Source: a virus
Taxonomy: Duplodnaviria; Heunggongvirae; Uroviricota; Caudoviricetes
Direction: 5' to 3' (one strand)
Length of the DNA: 64,000 nucleotides
IMG/VR virus record: IMGVR_UViG_3300026302_000005
Location: 1 to 64,000 of that record
In this document: one piece after another, positions 47,901-56,845 of the stretch
Layout: each line of letters begins with the position of its first letter
How positions within the stretch are numbered: the first letter of the stretch is position 1
Notes under the pieces: generated by a model
What the model saw: the letters and a program-made list of their open reading frames with translations, nothing else
What the model was told of the DNA's origin: nothing
Databases searched by the model: none
Program-made: the position numbers and the translations under genes

Positions 47901-50900
47901 GCTCGGGGTTGATGAAACCGGCGCACTTCCAGACCAGACTGATCTGGGTGTTTCGCAGTGTGTCTCCAAAGATGGTAGTGACGTTCCCACCCAGGCTCTT
48001 CACATATTCGGAAACCCAGGCGTTCAGACCAAGCTGGGTAGCCGGGACATCATTGACCACTTCAAGGTGAACGGACAGATCGGAAATCTTTGGACGTGTC
48101 AGGAGATCGCGGTGAACCACGTGAGGGGCCCGCCATATCGGGTTGGTGGCATTCAAGCCGATGTCAACGTAAAGCTCCGACCACAGGGTATCGATGAAGC
48201 GACCGGGCTTCATCAAGTATCCCATCAGGGCCGTGGCAAAGCTGAAATAGGGGCTGTTCAGGAAGTCCTGTTCCGCAGGACCACCGTCTCCATACACCCA
48301 GCTATCGTTGAGTCGCTCCGGAACCAGGTGATCCTCATCAACGATGCCAGCCGCAATGGGGTCCAGTAGATCACCAGTGTTGGACACTGGGATAGGAGCC
48401 GACATTACGTGACGATCCGATTGGGCACCGGTCAGAGGGTTGTAGATACCGGCCTGCAAATCAGCCCACATCGGATGGGATGAGGCATAGCGGGGCGTTC
48501 CATCACTCGCAGTGCTGGTGGGTGGATACGAGGCCAGCCACCAGGATGGCTGCAATGCATATCCAACGATCTCCCACGGATGAGAGTGCGGGCGAACAGT
48601 CCGATACAGCCGCTGGTAGATGCCTTTGTAGTGGCCTTCTACACCAGCCGACCGGTAGTTCCAGGTGAACTTGTCGGACTGAACATAGTCGTTGTTCGTG
48701 ATGAAGTCGATGTTCTGAGCAACAGCCCAGCGTTCGAATTCACGACGAAGAATCTGCTGGTAGGTTTGCTGTGGGTAGGCAAACGTGAATGCCCGGTTGA
48801 ACAGATCGATCCGGAATATCCCGAAGCCGTTGTAGATGTAGTAGTTCGAGTCGGCGGCGTTGAACACGATGTCATCGACCAGGATCGGGCGGGTGTTGAA
48901 CCGCAGTCCATCCCAGTATCCATACAGAGCCTTGCCGGTATCAATCACCAGATCACCAACCTGGGGAGACACAACCGAAGAGAAGTCGGAAACGATGGAC
49001 GTAACCTCTTCTACGATGTTGGGCTCAGAATTGCCGTAGAAGTCGGCCAGAGAAAAGTTCGACGTAGCATGCCGAGCACTGAACGTGGAAGTCTCATCGC
49101 GATAGTAGGCCGGAACCGCATTGAACATACGGGTCTGAAATTCCAACCAGACGTCATCACGACCATCTCCATAAGACGGAATGATCATCCCCTCATGACC
49201 ACGAAGTTTGGAAATCCCATCAATATCAGTGAACTTCTCGGGCCGATAGGTTTGGGAAGCTCCAATTCTCGGTGCGCTTGGTGGAACAAAGATCGGGGTC
49301 GGTGATGAACCAATCACTGTGATGGTTCCCGCCACCACCTGGGTCTCCACATACGTTCCCATACTGGAGTAGTAGAACTGGAAATCACTGGTTCGACCAA
49401 TGAATAGCTCCGACAGGATCAGATCGACCGCAGTCGAAGCTGATGTCGTCAGTGTGCCACCCGGTTCTGAAATGGTGAGATCATCCCAAAGCTGGTTCAT
49501 CCGATTGTTGAACTTGAACATCACCCGGTTGTAGTCGCGGGAAATACGACGAATCGAATCCGGGATGTCCAGTTCCTGTCGTTGTAGCGTTGCCATGACT
49601 CGTAGCAGCGAGTTCTCGCAGTCGATCAGCGTGGCACCCACGGTCGGCGATTTGTCGGTCCAACGATAGTTGTTAGCCCCATACCGATTGCCCTCGAAGC
49701 CATCCTGAGATTCGATTACCGATGCGATGTGGGAGAGCATCTGGATGCGGGAGGCAACAGTCAGAATTTCGTGGTTGGGGTTGGACGTCAAGTTCTTGGG
49801 AAGATCAATAACACCATTGGTGTCCAGATTCTGTTCGGTCACGCCGTTGGACTTCGCCCAGATCGAATGAACAAAACCAGTTTTGGTGTCCTTGAAATAC
49901 CGGTATCCCAGAAATCCCGGAAACTCGTCGGTTTCCAACGTCAGTTCGAATTGGAATTCACCAGTCTGGTTGAATACCAGTGGGAATTCCATCACGGAGT
50001 CATCAATACCGGTTCCAACCTGATACTGGAAGATCGTGGACGAATTGTTTGTGGATACAACCGATCCGGTAGCGGTAGCTTGATAGACGCGAAACTGCGG
50101 TAGTGTGTGGCGAGCAATTCGTGTTGAACCAGGAGCCAATTCAATCCCGGCCCAGAATTCGATGATGGGTCGAACAGCCTGATCGCCAGCCAACAGAACA
50201 GATCGATCAACCGGGCTCAGGTCCCCATAGTGTCTCCACCAGTTGTTGTCACTCCATCCGTCACCAGCAGTAGTGGCCCGACGGTCATACTGATAGGTCG
50301 TGATAGATGGGACACCCGAAGGTCCATTGTTGGTTCCCCATGTGAACGGCACAAACGCCCCATTCTGGAAGATGCGGAAAGGTCGATTCGGGGTCAGTCG
50401 GGCATCTTCCCAGATCATACCCTCAACTGGGCTATCCGGGAGCGGGCCGACTACGACCGGTTGGGCCAACCAGCGGCCTGCCTCAATGGAGTATTTCCAG
50501 ATCAGCGGACGGTTGAACTCCGGGCCGGTGCGAGTGACATAGACATAATCCCCAATGGCATATCCGGTGGTAGAGGGAATGTCTTCCTCGATCTCATAGT
50601 CCAACACGGCCCAGGCCGTCCCATTCCATCGCTGAACCACACGGTTCACATCGTTGGTCTTCTCCCACAATTGACCAACGGTGGGGGATGTGGGTGCGGT
50701 ATTCGCCAGAGTGACCGGGCGGGCAACAAAGCCGGTGCTGGTAAGCTCATACATGACCGTGGCCGAGCCCTGTGGTTCCCGGGTAATGTATTCACCGTTC
50801 ACCTGTGCATTGCCTGCACCGGTCCAGTAATAGCGGGTGTAGTTGGTGTGTTTGTCGTAATCGAAAGGGGGAGTCCATGCGTAGAATGGCGTTTCGAACA

Positions 50901-51237
50901 ACGTGTTCTCATCTGCCACATTTCCACCATTGGCACGAATCTGTCCGACCAGATCAGTATAGAAGGCACCACCCGAACGGTTATCCGTGGTTGGGTTCAC
51001 CTGGACTGCGGCCAGAGTCAACTGATGCTTCTGACGCTCTGCTGTATCTTCGATGATCTGGGGTTGACGCTGGAGGTCTTCTTCGGTGAGCAAGCTGACG
51101 TCACCGATGTATCCACTGAGGAATCCAGCCTGTTCGGGCTCGAACAGAACATCGTCACTGACGTAATATTCCCGGTTGTTCTGGTCTGTCTGGAGATATT
51201 CCGGAAGACGGGAAAATGCTCTACGTTCTACTACCAT
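41959..51237 (-). CDS. Giant baseplate/virion structural protein (3092 aa)
   Basis: LPEYLQT N-terminus, HPWE..G, LPNF, EDWA.R...FG, KPYRTK; located next to gp6- and gp25-like genes. Confidence 0.8.
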   Translation of the reverse strand: MVVERRAFSRLPEYLQTDQNNREYYVSDDVLFEPEQAGFLSGYIGDVSLLTEEDLQRQPQIIEDTAERQKHQLTLAAVQVNPTTDNRSGGAFYTDLVGQIRANGGNVADENTLFETPFYAWTPPFDYDKHTNYTRYYWTGAGNAQVNGEYITREPQGSATVMYELTSTGFVARPVTLANTAPTSPTVGQLWEKTNDVNRVVQRWNGTAWAVLDYEIEEDIPSTTGYAIGDYVYVTRTGPEFNRPLIWKYSIEAGRWLAQPVVVGPLPDSPVEGMIWEDARLTPNRPFRIFQNGAFVPFTWGTNNGPSGVPSITTYQYDRRATTAGDGWSDNNWWRHYGDLSPVDRSVLLAGDQAVRPIIEFWAGIELAPGSTRIARHTLPQFRVYQATATGSVVSTNNSSTIFQYQVGTGIDDSVMEFPLVFNQTGEFQFELTLETDEFPGFLGYRYFKDTKTGFVHSIWAKSNGVTEQNLDTNGVIDLPKNLTSNPNHEILTVASRIQMLSHIASVIESQDGFEGNRYGANNYRWTDKSPTVGATLIDCENSLLRVMATLQRQELDIPDSIRRISRDYNRVMFKFNNRMNQLWDDLTISEPGGTLTTSASTAVDLILSELFIGRTSDFQFYYSSMGTYVETQVVAGTITVIGSSPTPIFVPPSAPRIGASQTYRPEKFTDIDGISKLRGHEGMIIPSYGDGRDDVWLEFQTRMFNAVPAYYRDETSTFSARHATSNFSLADFYGNSEPNIVEEVTSIVSDFSSVVSPQVGDLVIDTGKALYGYWDGLRFNTRPILVDDIVFNAADSNYYIYNGFGIFRIDLFNRAFTFAYPQQTYQQILRREFERWAVAQNIDFITNNDYVQSDKFTWNYRSAGVEGHYKGIYQRLYRTVRPHSHPWEIVGYALQPSWWLASYPPTSTASDGTPRYASSHPMWADLQAGIYNPLTGAQSDRHVMSAPIPVSNTGDLLDPIAAGIVDEDHLVPERLNDSWVYGDGGPAEQDFLNSPYFSFATALMGYLMKPGRFIDTLWSELYVDIGLNATNPIWRAPHVVHRDLLTRPKISDLSVHLEVVNDVPATQLGLNAWVSEYVKSLGGNVTTIFGDTLRNTQISLVWKCAGFINPERTNVQTLSGLRIPFEDIHPILHRSKPTEEFFGSGVLVTREGTGYRVFGFDLFNPRFIIELPVAPIAGGQIELNEDFTATANQHEFAVTTFRLPRTENVSDSATLSVMVNGLKLKSQHVTINGNTVVIEDIVTINAGDIVGVSVLTVQSSPSTRVKQFVVNGVPFPYIDSGRGVFEEIEYGRYYDTAPDVINFMLGYGRKLRNDGWVFEEEVSPGVVRDWLYGAQKFATWVVETTRAATTDIPDFFYSPFARTAAFESSFGQVLNVESVQNGAFGIIDQEANPIDPELIFTSRIGNRITLSSNEGAPDIYGTRVLVVEDQHVVFFSNVTKFNDLIYDPILALAQPALRLDGYRTTGWQGRLEANGFVISRGTLLPNFEKQAKDFTRYYDRIDTLDDPIKRDQARELYGWYPNGVYTSTTGEKTPMMDAIDANERSQFDYHRGMLHTKGTIRPLIAFSRGTRMGRDGVVVNEDWAWRWCDFGDTRRELVQFRVEQSDYRDKLQVIEFNVASNSYDTLLQVESFNRSSPNTGRWIIPPIQSSTTNVVSYTLPTTLTGAYDEQTRLFVKLFDTETGQVAVRMFHYNPYVGSRLYDPEALCEIDYIGFLDPARYTDGSGSSYSDNLQWGQNHVGQLWWDQSRLKYMDALSFIPDYNLVAQMWGKQEFFAGSISRTNQNATVITYDPVTGAVAPHGLVTGDTVLISGATPVEYNGVWEVTVFNATEFTFVVQGLYNTPATGNIKVTTGFVDVYQWVESPVPPSGWNTYVASQTIAGSPTGTPKDGNDTSYVTRASVDARGSKKLYYYFWVIDNQGNNSVKNLTTSEVASRLNNPTINNVPWFAVIDDTHLLTFVNGEQVNDGYALEIMQDRRELDNHTEWLLVSEGSRFITIPDPILEKLIDCLAGVDDLGNPIPNPLLSDTEKYGTDTFPQQTVFADRAEALRVFSDAATTILARKNLSSTTNLINIFPISEEGVWWSRSEYRDFDYEGKSVFDTVASEAIRTDRYTKKRYYEGDLVKVLNSANTDPWTGVTVNSTYVLEDGLFLEVGVANFTTTIAVDASSTAADIRQAFEAAYAVMDKEERNNLVFSLLYEMLHQHPTADWFIKTSYITMQMFDSIGQSPFVRSNEQEAVIANALDMKPYRTKLRTSTFTYTVDNVENMGMQIDEFPDIKITILLDRLACDGIDDGGWDRFPWDTEFEGWDKPFWSWADLGRAETYSLGVQPGLPGVQDYTFTSPFDPTLYDHVLVLRNLGTEVILADVGLSYTKTVTHTSVTIRFNAGLGPNYTVELLQTGGFYEGSAPSLGVDFEDTLFQPYPSSYEHHVMRMMNAGIYAPFPGMDECYLPIPESPQERIPSEVEDSVVICVKTDHTPAYAGWDATPWDSAPWDDYPVDAGRRVFFLMAGAETIIPVGNRTIPTSYATTVSNTRFVQTPGTNRIAQVRVNGSVVTEGVEYQIVPEAPWVLEFPTQPDILYTADGITTIFDASAAQYGVVQVFKNNIPQILGTQYTIAGTDVQFVQPPPSLMPIYSTPIGRHTQAGSLVTVFPTGHIGGSVHERNAFVFVNGDLVALSAYSINPTDDVVLATAPNYLDDVITFAIGNTVADDDAIFVQSNFTGDGVTDTYVVGSNANIITAWVFVNGRYQALGPDYSIPVQGTIQFTTPPAVSDIIHIRVMPPSAYLSYNQQHITIVASGGPSDPITGLTTADPSNMLVFVGDTVQNGYSGFVTDYTLTDGSPDVINWTVPPAPGTTISFRIVRNVQIAQIPSITVVPSVGDTIRIVPRHTIIPGDTVTTLFDQFPVGRLGDFQVISVPGPYDISAGGLTLNTLSLGGNIVLNYTQPQRGPNSSSILVRMTEIVDRVRADHTDYDTPDGFETGRQPGFRVLNTTISRVYEWDGLVWNIVSSVFPSGTQVLSLLDQQIVELSGATWNVIFNTGDTFTTPPVLSYPLFGRGIVSGTYALGQTASAATDFPEAYHVMQHAGDYWP

Positions 51238-51271
51238 GTGCTTCCACCTGCGCTATTCCCAATATTTAGAC

Positions 51272-51300
51272 TTGTCAGACCCCAGTTTGTAGAGTAGATA
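51272..51300 (+). promoter_or_regulatory. Putative promoter for the tRNA-like element
   Basis: TTGTCA-N17-TAGATA. Confidence 0.5.
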
Positions 51301-51309
51301 TGGGATTAT

Positions 51310-51402
51310 CGGGGTGATGTCAGGAGGGAAACGTCCCGGCCTCGTGGATGGTCCACATCAAGTGGTGTGTGATCCAGGGTTCGATGCCCTGCACCCCGCC
51401 CA
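51310..51402 (+). tRNA. Non-canonical tRNA-like element with long variable arm
   Basis: Perfect acceptor CGGGGTG/CACCCCG, discriminator C + CCA, T arm CAGGG-TTCGATG-CCCTG, variable stem CACATC/GGTGTG; D and anticodon arms irregular. Confidence 0.6.
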
Positions 51403-51441
51403 TCTTATCCACAAGAATGTATTCGGTCATGAAGAAAAAAC

Positions 51442-51470
51442 TTGACGAATCAGCCAACACCAGGTAGATG
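51442..51470 (+). promoter_or_regulatory. Sigma70-type promoter of the second large ncRNA
   Basis: A-tract, TTGACG-N17-TAGATG. Confidence 0.65.
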
Positions 51471-51477
51471 TATCAGC

Positions 51478-51888
51478 ACAACGAACGCCGTTAGACAGTC
51501 TCTCTGGCCCCGGAGGACGCAGCACTGTAGGCGAAGGGAAAAGCGGGCTAACCTGGGTGAAAACCGGACCCAGGGGATAGAAAGTGCGAGGGACTAGCTC
51601 AGTCAAGTCTTCCGGCTTTCCGGAGGGTTGCGACGAAGGCCCGGTGTAAGAGTGAGAAGGCTACCCTGGGCGGCATCGCCCAGGAGTTTCAGCGAAACTC
51701 GGCGAGGAGTGTCTTCATGCGTATTCGTGACGGCCCGTAGCATCTATATGTAGCAAAAAGCGACCGGCGACGACTGTTTCGCCCCTATGATGGGGCCACC
51801 CGTGCGAGGAGAAGCGACATGAGAATTCGAGACTCGCCCTTCTAGGGTATTTGATTTGCAAAACCGACGCGATTGAGTATGAGACGAC
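51478..51888 (+). ncRNA. Large structured ncRNA, ROOL-like (~410 nt)
   Basis: ORF-free, bounded by promoter and terminator; hairpins CCTGGG/CCCAGG, TCCGG/CCGGA, CCTGGGCG/CGCCCAGG, GAGTTT/AAACTC, GCCCC/GGGGC; long-range AGACAGTC/GACTGTTT; 3' end GGTATTTGATTTGCAAAA...GAGTATGAGACG resembles ROOL 3' ends as recalled. Confidence 0.6.
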
Positions 51889-51935
51889 CAACAGAGAGGG
51901 TGGCAGGGTAGTGTCCCGACCCTCTCTGTTGCATT
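51889..51935. terminator. Terminator hairpin between convergent transcripts
   Basis: 13-bp stem CAACAGAGAGGGT/ACCCTCTCTGTTG followed by CATTTT. Confidence 0.75.
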
Positions 51936-54900
51936 TTATACCAACGATCCTACCCGGATTTCTTCATCCGTAAAGAACGGAACGATCTCGATATCCGATG
52001 GGTTGGCACAGGACAGGAACAGTTCATCCGGTTCCGCACGAACCTGGAACATACGTCCGAATGCCTGATCGTTGTTCCGGGGGACGATAACCATCGATTG
52101 TAGCTCCGGAGCAAGCTGGGCGTGGACGAACGCTACCAGTTCGGTGAAGTAGAACTTCTCTCCAAACTCCCAACGAGTGACGTCGAAATACGACCGAATC
52201 GTATTCAACACCCGCAGTTTGAGATCGGATTCCGATAGTCTCGACCCGGGTGATTGGATGATCTTGAATACCGACTGTAGTTCAGGAACCGCCTGGTTTC
52301 CAAACAGCAACTTGTAGCGGGCCGGGTAGTAGATCACGGAGTCGCTGATCGGGGTGTATTCCTCGAAGTCCGCATACAGCAGCCGTAGCTGATCCGAGGT
52401 TTCTTCTTTCGGGCGATCCTCTGCGGTCCCGTTTTGGTTCACCCATGCACGGAATGCCGCATCATAACCCGAGGTCAGAATGAACACGTTCATGATGTTG
52501 GATTTGCTCGGATCGATACGGTTGGCATCGGGTGCATAATGGGTCCAGATGAACCGCAGGTGATCACGACCGATCAGTGCTCGGTATGCAGACTGATCCG
52601 GTGCCAGAATCCAGGTCTCGGTGATCGCATCAGCGATCAGCCAGGTCTTGGTGAACGTATCGTAGTGGATCGATCCGTCGGCAACCAACGCATCATCGTA
52701 GGCATCACCCACGGTGATTGATCCACCAGAAGAGCTTCCATAGGTCCCAGTCGGGTTGGTTGTCTTGTTGATCGGGTCCCAAACGCTGAATCCGAACTCC
52801 TGGATTTTGCGCCACAGAACCAGATCGGTGCGGCCATCCTGAATTACCAGGTCTTTGAAGATGAACGGTGCATCATACACACCATCACTATCTCCATCAA
52901 CCGGTGTGATGGCCAGACCATTCTTGTTGACATAACCATCAGCATGGCGGATCACATCATACGGAGTGAAATCCACCAGTTCCCCGATGAACGATACCAG
53001 ACAAGATTCAATCGTCAACGGTGGTAGAGGATCGGGCTGTGTGTTCACGACCACCGAAGCATCAGTTTCACAATCAACACCGATTGAGCCTGCTATGTAG
53101 AAGACAGAGACGACGGTCCCGGATGGTGGTGGCGTGGTGAAGAACAATTGGTTGCCACCCGTGATGGTCCATTCACGGACACCCGATGGGGCCCATGGAC
53201 CGTTCTGCAATACTCCGTCGATGAACACCATAAGTCCGGGTGCAGTCGATGGGATCGAAGCGTTGTTGGCCAGTGTGAACGTGTTGGTAGTGCCATTCGC
53301 GTTGAACTGGTAGGTGTTACTTCTGGTTTGATCCGGATTGATGACCCAGATGAATCGAATCCGCGTGTTGACAGGTGGGACCGTGGTAAACGTGATGGTG
53401 CTCGATGTAGTTCCACCAACAACCGTATACTTGGTCCGGGACTGAGTAACCCCGTCGATTGAAATCAACAGAGTGTCACGACTCTGGTTTGGAGCCGGGA
53501 TCGTGTAAGTCGTGGTAGTGCCATTCGAGATGACATTACGACGGCCCAGCACTTCGTTGTCGATCCCATGAAGGAAGTAGGAAACCCCAAAGACCCCAGA
53601 CGGCAATGGTGTGTTGAACACTAGGCTACTGGTTGCAGTGGCTCCAGACATAAACGTGGAGATACCATAGTCCAGGTTTCCGAACTGCTGAATGCCGTCG
53701 ATGAACGTGATGACGTTCCCGATGTGAACACCATCCACACCCATATTCCATTCTTCGGTGGTTCCGTTGCCAGCTACCCGTAGAACGGTTTGCTCAGCAT
53801 TCACAAAGTTGGAGGCGAAATAGATGGCGATCTGTGCTCCCGGTGCTGGTGCAGTCACAAAGCAGACCTCATAACCCCCGATATCCGGAACGATTGTGTA
53901 ATCAACACCATTGATCTGGAGGACGTCGTTGATCAGAACAACCGTATGGGCTGGGTCGAGTGGGATTTCACTCGTTTGGAAGCACGTTTCCAATCCATCA
54001 CCTTCGAAGTCATACGCGGACAGATCACAGGAGCCCTGCCCGAGGCCACTCAGACCACGGCGGCGAAGGCTGTCTCGTGCCTCATTGGACTCCAACAGGA
54101 CAATGCTGTCACGAGCAGTCCGACCGGTTTCCGGATCAATCACTGGATCGTTGTTAGAGAAGATGAAATCGATCTCACGTGCCGACTCGAAGAAGAGACT
54201 GCGACCACGATCTGTGATGGTCCAGATATCGTTCGGGCTGTTCGGGGTGAACTCAAACAGGATCATCCAGGATGCATCCAATCCGGTTCCGGTCGTCGAT
54301 CCCTGGTTAGCCAGCGAGAACCCAGAGTTTCGGTCGATGTTATCGGAATTGATGAAGTCCCAAGTCTGGGTTGACAGATTCCAACTCATGGCGAAATCCA
54401 ACCGCTGTTCAATGCGGTTCTCCAACTCGATCTCTTCGGTCGTGGTGAAGCGATTTCGTAGGGCTGGGAACACACTGAACAGTGCAGTCCCGGTCGATGC
54501 TGTATCCTTGAGAATGATGCCGCTTGGGGCAGTCCCGGTTTCGATCACACGATCCACGGCGACCACTTGACCCAATGGACCGGTGAATCGGATCAGCGAG
54601 TCGGTGTCCACATAAACGAGTGGTTGTGGGGCCGTATTACCAACGGTCTGGGGCAGACCGGATAGCACGATGTTACCCTGGGATTGACCACCCACCTCGA
54701 CTGTCTGCGACCACGTATAGGGTGAGGTTAGGACGATCTCGGAGTAGGTGTTGAAATACAGAATCCGTTTATCTTCCTGACGAATGATCGGGCGAACGAC
54801 TTCGTTGATCAGGGACTCAACCGACAGGACATCGGGGTCGGCACTATAGATGTTGACGGTCTGGGTGGAATCCTGATACAACCGTCCATCTTCGGCCACG

Positions 54901-56333
54901 TGCTTGACGTTCTGATACAAACCGGTCGGATCGGTCAAGCGGGAATATCGTGATTGTCCGGAGAAGCTACGGTTGATCGTCTTGACCTTCTGGACTGAGT
55001 TGTCCTTGAGGTAGAAGTTGTTGTAGTCTTGTGCCGTAACCATTCGGTTCTGCGTATAGAAGACTTTGCCAACCCGAGTGCGGATGTCGAAGTTTGATTC
55101 CGATGCAACGCCGTTGGAGACCGTGGACTCCAACGAATAGGTCATGGTTAACTGATAGCCTTCTCCACCATCGACATAGGGGATCGACAGCGATTGGTTC
55201 TGGATCGCGGTGGGCTTGATCTGGGTGGGGTTGGCATTGGCGGTGCGATACCAGAACCGGAACCGACCGACCGGCATACGACCGAATGAGCCATCCCCGA
55301 AGCGAACACGCACTGTGTCGTTGTTCAGAGTATCGAGTTCATAGACGTTTTGCACCGATCCATAGAGGGTGTTGAAGCTGACACCCTCACCAAATGTCGT
55401 ATCGACCTGGGTCCAGTCCGCGATGATGTCTCCATTAGCATCAATCTGCTGGACAAAGAAATCGTCGTTGTTGATGTTGAACACATTCAACGATAGGGTC
55501 TGAACTGGCACCGGGGCCGCGAAGGATTGATCCAGGAACGACAGGTTTCCCTGTTTGAATGGAAGGAAGAATCCGGTTCGGCTTGAACCAAATCCCCGAC
55601 CATCCAGGAAGTAGAAGATGTTGAAGGCGTTCTCCGGATTGGGAGACACTTCTTCCACGACACCAGTATCCTGGTTCAGACGACCATTGTAGATATCGAA
55701 GGGGAGACGCTGACCATTGACCGTGGCGGAGAATCGATAAGCACCACTGGTCGGTGCCGCACTGTTGAAGACGTATTGATCCACCCGGTTTCCGTCCGAG
55801 GTCTCCGATACCAGAGGGAACCCATACTTGGTGCGGGTGATGAATGATGCATTCAGGATCAGAATGAACCGCTCGAACCAGTCTTCGTCCCGTGGGTCGT
55901 TCCAGATGATCGTTTTGTTCCGGAGGTTGACGCCGTTGGAATCGACGATGTTCTGATTGGTTCTGATTGTTTTGAGTTTCAGGAAACCGGTGGCAGATCG
56001 AACTCGATTGACCCGATATCCGATGTTCTGGGCAAGACGGATCAGACTATCGCGACGTTCAGCAGTTGCCAAGAAGTTCTCGCGACTGTTCAGATCAACT
56101 CGGAACGCGATGTTCTGAGACAACCACGCCAAGATTTCAACCTTGGCAACAAACTCGGAAGATGCTACCCAGTCGTTGAACTGCTCCCCGTAGTTGGAGC
56201 GAAGATACTGAAACATGGCCTGAATGAGGTTGTCAAAGTCATATGCCCGGAAATCGACGTTCTCCAGTGCTTCATAGATTCGGAACCAATCCTCGGCTAC
56301 GAACAGGGTATTTTGCCGTGTCAGTGTGGACAT
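51936..56333 (-). CDS. Baseplate wedge subunit (T4 gp6-like)
   Basis: DF.AYDF, SRENFLATAERRDS, FGDG.FG..P, TQNRMVTAQDY, WEFGEKFYFTEL. Confidence 0.88.
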   Translation of the reverse strand: MSTLTRQNTLFVAEDWFRIYEALENVDFRAYDFDNLIQAMFQYLRSNYGEQFNDWVASSEFVAKVEILAWLSQNIAFRVDLNSRENFLATAERRDSLIRLAQNIGYRVNRVRSATGFLKLKTIRTNQNIVDSNGVNLRNKTIIWNDPRDEDWFERFILILNASFITRTKYGFPLVSETSDGNRVDQYVFNSAAPTSGAYRFSATVNGQRLPFDIYNGRLNQDTGVVEEVSPNPENAFNIFYFLDGRGFGSSRTGFFLPFKQGNLSFLDQSFAAPVPVQTLSLNVFNINNDDFFVQQIDANGDIIADWTQVDTTFGEGVSFNTLYGSVQNVYELDTLNNDTVRVRFGDGSFGRMPVGRFRFWYRTANANPTQIKPTAIQNQSLSIPYVDGGEGYQLTMTYSLESTVSNGVASESNFDIRTRVGKVFYTQNRMVTAQDYNNFYLKDNSVQKVKTINRSFSGQSRYSRLTDPTGLYQNVKHVAEDGRLYQDSTQTVNIYSADPDVLSVESLINEVVRPIIRQEDKRILYFNTYSEIVLTSPYTWSQTVEVGGQSQGNIVLSGLPQTVGNTAPQPLVYVDTDSLIRFTGPLGQVVAVDRVIETGTAPSGIILKDTASTGTALFSVFPALRNRFTTTEEIELENRIEQRLDFAMSWNLSTQTWDFINSDNIDRNSGFSLANQGSTTGTGLDASWMILFEFTPNSPNDIWTITDRGRSLFFESAREIDFIFSNNDPVIDPETGRTARDSIVLLESNEARDSLRRRGLSGLGQGSCDLSAYDFEGDGLETCFQTSEIPLDPAHTVVLINDVLQINGVDYTIVPDIGGYEVCFVTAPAPGAQIAIYFASNFVNAEQTVLRVAGNGTTEEWNMGVDGVHIGNVITFIDGIQQFGNLDYGISTFMSGATATSSLVFNTPLPSGVFGVSYFLHGIDNEVLGRRNVISNGTTTTYTIPAPNQSRDTLLISIDGVTQSRTKYTVVGGTTSSTITFTTVPPVNTRIRFIWVINPDQTRSNTYQFNANGTTNTFTLANNASIPSTAPGLMVFIDGVLQNGPWAPSGVREWTITGGNQLFFTTPPPSGTVVSVFYIAGSIGVDCETDASVVVNTQPDPLPPLTIESCLVSFIGELVDFTPYDVIRHADGYVNKNGLAITPVDGDSDGVYDAPFIFKDLVIQDGRTDLVLWRKIQEFGFSVWDPINKTTNPTGTYGSSSGGSITVGDAYDDALVADGSIHYDTFTKTWLIADAITETWILAPDQSAYRALIGRDHLRFIWTHYAPDANRIDPSKSNIMNVFILTSGYDAAFRAWVNQNGTAEDRPKEETSDQLRLLYADFEEYTPISDSVIYYPARYKLLFGNQAVPELQSVFKIIQSPGSRLSESDLKLRVLNTIRSYFDVTRWEFGEKFYFTELVAFVHAQLAPELQSMVIVPRNNDQAFGRMFQVRAEPDELFLSCANPSDIEIVPFFTDEEIRVGSLV

Positions 56334-56354
56334 CGTATCTCTCCAAATTGCCGA

Positions 56355-56729
56355 TCAGGCAAGCGAACTGCTAAAGGTGACTGTGAACCAATCATCCATG
56401 TCGTATTTGACTGCCTGTAGCCGGATGGCCAAGGAAATCTCATGTGCGTCCAACGACACGTTCGTGACAATCTCCAGAAGTTTCACTCTGGGGTCTTGCC
56501 CGATGATCCGCTGTGCATCCTGAATGACCAGTGATTCGGTTCGAGGGTCACCGAGGTCGAACAAGAGGTCCCAGATGATGGAACCGAAGGTCGGACGAGC
56601 CACCCGTTCACCGATCCTGGTGTTGAAGTGGTTCAGAAGGTCCTGCTTCACCAACTCAAGATCAAACAGAGCAGTATCAATGCCCTGATTCGCTACGCTT
56701 GAAAAACCTCGATAAATGGGCTCAGACAT
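56355..56729 (-). CDS. Baseplate wedge protein gp25-like (GPW/gp25)
   Basis: DLLNHFNTRIGERV..PTFGS.I..LLF...DPRV. Confidence 0.9.
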   Translation of the reverse strand: MSEPIYRGFSSVANQGIDTALFDLELVKQDLLNHFNTRIGERVARPTFGSIIWDLLFDLGDPRTESLVIQDAQRIIGQDPRVKLLEIVTNVSLDAHEISLAIRLQAVKYDMDDWFTVTFSSSLA

Positions 56730-56845
56730 GGACTACCTCTTCATACCGATATTTATGGTATGGTTTGTCCATTGAAAACGTAGATCGGAAAGCACAAATA
56801 GGAATAGCTCTACCCCCACATACCTCCAGCCAATGGAACACCCAC

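Noticed and set aside
42859-51297. Long + strand ORFs (42859-44010, 47461-48369, 50230-51297)
   Set aside because: Antisense shadows of the 3092-aa structural gene caused by codon bias
51478-51888. RNase P RNA or tmRNA
   Set aside because: Some fragments are reminiscent (AGACAGTC/GACTGT, GAAAGTGC, GGTGTAAGAG), but the universal GAGGAAAGTCC and AGAACCCGGCTTA P4 strands, and the tmRNA termini, are missing
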